Shown one piece after another: positions 4,244-6,149 of a DNA stretch of 6,149 nucleotides. A model generated the notes under the pieces. It was given only the letters and a program-made list of their open reading frames with translations. It searched no databases and was not told where the DNA came from. The stretch's first letter is position 1, and each line of letters starts with the position of its first letter. A program made the position numbers and the translations under genes. Source of the stretch: a virus. The DNA lies in IMG/VR virus record IMGVR_UViG_3300029214_000058, positions 1-6,149 of that record; one strand, written 5' to 3'.

Positions 4244-5283
4244 TAGAAAGGACAATACTCTGCTGATAAGTATTGATACATGATATCTTCCTCTTCTCTT
4301 TTGATTTGCCTTCGTTGCGCTTTCTTTCTGTTTGTCAGATTTTGTAATTTTACCATCTGATTGATCGCCTTTTTCCTTTCAATTTCTTCGATATTATCCT
4401 CGTGTAAACCGATTCCATTTTCATTTTTTTCTTTGAGTAATCTTTCGTAGTAATCTTTGTTCACTGTGTTAGCTCCTATTACTTCGAATCCGTTTACCCA
4501 TTTCACACCTTTATCTTCGGCATATAGCCATAATAATTGCCTCTGATCATCTGTGTATATGGTTGTTTTGTAGTATCTTGGTAATGGTAAATCTTGCCCG
4601 TTATGTGCCTTATATGTAATGATTGTTTTCTCTCTATTCCATCTGTGTTTCAATTGGTTTTCCTTTGCATAGTTTGCTCCAAGTCCTTTGCTGCATAGTA
4701 CTATTGATATATAATCAGGATTGTCTTTGTCCTTTTTTGTCATGTATTTTGATATATAGTTTATTGTTTTTTCGTTGACATATCTTCCGTAATATTTGTA
4801 TCCGTCTATCCAATTTTCGTATAATAGTTTTGTCAGTTGCCATTTTGTTTGCCCTTTTTTTGCGTAAAATAGTCCGTGCAGGTGTATTCTTCTTGTGTTG
4901 GTATGTCCTTTTTCCGTCACACACCAATGCTTTACTGATTTACCTGTTTCTTTTCTGATTCTTTCTAGGAATAATCTGTGTATTTTTGTGATTATCTCGT
5001 TATCTTGCGATCCGTCGTTTTTAAATCCATATCTTTTACAAATATATTCATATCTTTGTGGAGATACTGTTCCTGTAAAAAACACTGCATGAGGTGTTTC
5101 TTTCAGTTGTTCGTAATTTCTGATTCTCCATTCTCTTCTCTTTTTTTTACGACATTCGAAGCAGTGTCCACATTCTACCTCTACGTATCTGAATCTCTCG
5201 TCTGTACACACAGGCGGATTCCACCCATTCTTTCGATTAGGCAGAAACCGCTTGTTTAATACTTTTTTTGTGAAGTAACACAT
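4243..5283 (-). CDS. VP4: VP4 replication initiation protein (HUH rolling-circle endonuclease, phiX174 gene A superfamily).
   Basis: 346 aa. A motif I-like AVFFTGTV lies at 5065..5088. The HUH motif IHLHGLFY lies at 4864..4887 and I verified it by translation. The two-tyrosine motif YISKYMTK (Y-x-x-K-Y) lies at 4735..4758, also verified. An N-terminal CGHCFEC cysteine cluster (5152..5172), followed by a basic stretch, is typical of non-phiX microvirus Rep proteins. The ATG at 5283 is 1 nt after the VP2 stop. Confidence 0.9.
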   Translation of the reverse strand: MCYFTKKVLNKRFLPNRKNGWNPPVCTDERFRYVEVECGHCFECRKKKRREWRIRNYEQLKETPHAVFFTGTVSPQRYEYICKRYGFKNDGSQDNEIITKIHRLFLERIRKETGKSVKHWCVTEKGHTNTRRIHLHGLFYAKKGQTKWQLTKLLYENWIDGYKYYGRYVNEKTINYISKYMTKKDKDNPDYISIVLCSKGLGANYAKENQLKHRWNREKTIITYKAHNGQDLPLPRYYKTTIYTDDQRQLLWLYAEDKGVKWVNGFEVIGANTVNKDYYERLLKEKNENGIGLHEDNIEEIERKKAINQMVKLQNLTNRKKAQRRQIKREEEDIMYQYLSAEYCPF

Positions 5284-5284
5284 A

Positions 5285-6149
5285 TTACTCGTTTGGTTTT
5301 CTGATTATTTTTTCGAGTCTCTTGAGTAGAGATTGTGCTTGCTTGAACTTGCTTAAAGATTCTATAATCCCCGACATCTGATCGATTCCTCCGAAGATCC
5401 ATTCTCTGAGGTTTTTTTGGTTTTCGTTTTCTAGATGTCCTTTTCCGAGTTCATAGTCTTTTGCGATCTTGTCTATCATGGCTGCTGCTTGTTCTTTCGC
5501 TGCTTCAGCAGACATTCTCCTTGTTATCATGTCGTAGTAGAAATTCTCTACTTCTTTTTCGATCTTTCTTGCGGTGTTGTAGTTGACGTCTACGATCGAA
5601 TCTTGTACGGCTCCTTCTTTTTGTAATAACGCTATCTCCGACACTAGTTTTGCCACTCTTTCCTCTTGAGTTTCGTCTAGATATTTTGTGTTTAATGCCT
5701 CTTGCTTCCAGAGTTCGACTGCTTTTTTCGCATTGGCTGCTGCCTCTGTTATATTACTTTCTGCGATATTTTCCTTACTCAGTTGGATTCTATTCTCAAT
5801 CTCTTGCCACTTATTGTTCAATTCTTGCCCTTTTGTGTCTACTCCTGCGATTTTGTTTGCTTCTGCCAATGTTTTGGCTGTTTCAGCATTTGCAAGCTTA
5901 TTTTGTGCCTCTATTTGCTTTAATTGCAGCCCTAACGCTTGTTGTTGTAATCCTACTTCTATAGGATTTGTTTTTGGTGCGCTTGGCTGAGTTGCTGTTC
6001 CTCCAGCTGTGCTTGCTGCTGATCCTCCTCCGTTGCCGTACATGAGTCCTACACTTAATCCTGCCTTTTCCATTTCGTTTCTTTGTGCTCCAAAATTTGT
6101 ATCTTTCCACATTTGTAGATTCCGTTTATATTCAGCGTCTGCTGCCTGT
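5285..6149 (-). CDS. VP2: VP2 minor capsid / DNA pilot protein, C-terminal segment. The frame is open to the window end, and Met at 6112 is internal.
   Basis: The track ORF of 275 aa carries an AQRNEMEKAGLSVGLMYG motif that resembles the conserved (K/R)AGLNP-type motif I recall from gokushovirus/alpavirus VP2. It also has a Gly/Ala/Ser-rich linker and a long heptad-like, E/K/A/Q-rich helical region consistent with a coiled-coil pilot tube of the phiX174 H type. It sits directly upstream of VP4, with stop TAA at 5285..5287 and the VP4 ATG at 5283. Confidence 0.8.
   Translation of the reverse strand, partial: QAADAEYKRNLQMWKDTNFGAQRNEMEKAGLSVGLMYGNGGGSAASTAGGTATQPSAPKTNPIEVGLQQQALGLQLKQIEAQNKLANAETAKTLAEANKIAGVDTKGQELNNKWQEIENRIQLSKENIAESNITEAAANAKKAVELWKQEALNTKYLDETQEERVAKLVSEIALLQKEGAVQDSIVDVNYNTARKIEKEVENFYYDMITRRMSAEAAKEQAAAMIDKIAKDYELGKGHLENENQKNLREWIFGGIDQMSGIIESLSKFKQAQSLLKRLEKIIRKPNE
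6051..6149. repeat. Terminal direct repeat, copy 2. It duplicates 1..99, so the unit genome length is 6050 nt.
   Basis: Exact identity to 1..99. Confidence 0.95.

Noticed and set aside
1912-5990. The remaining plus-strand track ORFs: 1912..2097, 2437..2637, 3357..3614, 4895..5092, 4978..5259, 5435..5626, 5650..5964, 5688..5990, 5702..5923.
   Set aside because: All lie antisense within well-supported minus-strand genes. They are Leu/Phe/Cys/Ser-rich as expected from the T-rich non-coding strand, several overlap each other in different frames, and none has its own intergenic space or promoter.

Overview
The window is a complete, circularly permuted ssDNA phage genome of the family Microviridae, from a non-phiX lineage. 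Bases 1-99 are identical to 6051-6149, so the unit genome is 6050 nt. The linear record was cut inside the VP2 gene. All convincing genes lie on the minus strand and are tightly packed, with gaps of 1-5 nt or short overlaps. In transcription order they are: VP2 pilot/minor capsid protein, which starts at 311, wraps the junction, ends at 5285 and is 358 aa once rejoined; VP4 rolling-circle replication initiator (4243..5283); a 365-nt intergenic region (3878..4242); five small ORFans of 60-88 aa (2799..3877), one of which looks like a lipoprotein or membrane protein; VP1 major capsid protein (816..2795, 659 aa); a 112-aa ORF (475..813); and a 163-nt intergenic region (312..474). The large intergenic region holds a Bacteroidetes-type promoter, a GC-rich hairpin island and a polypurine tract. 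The small one holds an intrinsic-terminator-like hairpin and a 28-bp dif-like (XerC/D-type) sequence. Genome size, absence of Shine-Dalgarno motifs, A-rich leaders and the TTTG/TAnnTTTG promoter point to a Bacteroidetes-infecting, Alpavirinae-like microvirus; this placement is inference. Plus-strand ORFs in the track are antisense shadows on the T-rich strand. The points most worth follow-up are the dif-like site (possible Xer-mediated lysogeny), the structured GC island (candidate complementary-strand origin), and the small lipoprotein within an ORFan cassette (candidate lysis or superinfection-exclusion function). All protein family calls rest on motif recognition by eye and need HMM or BLAST confirmation.
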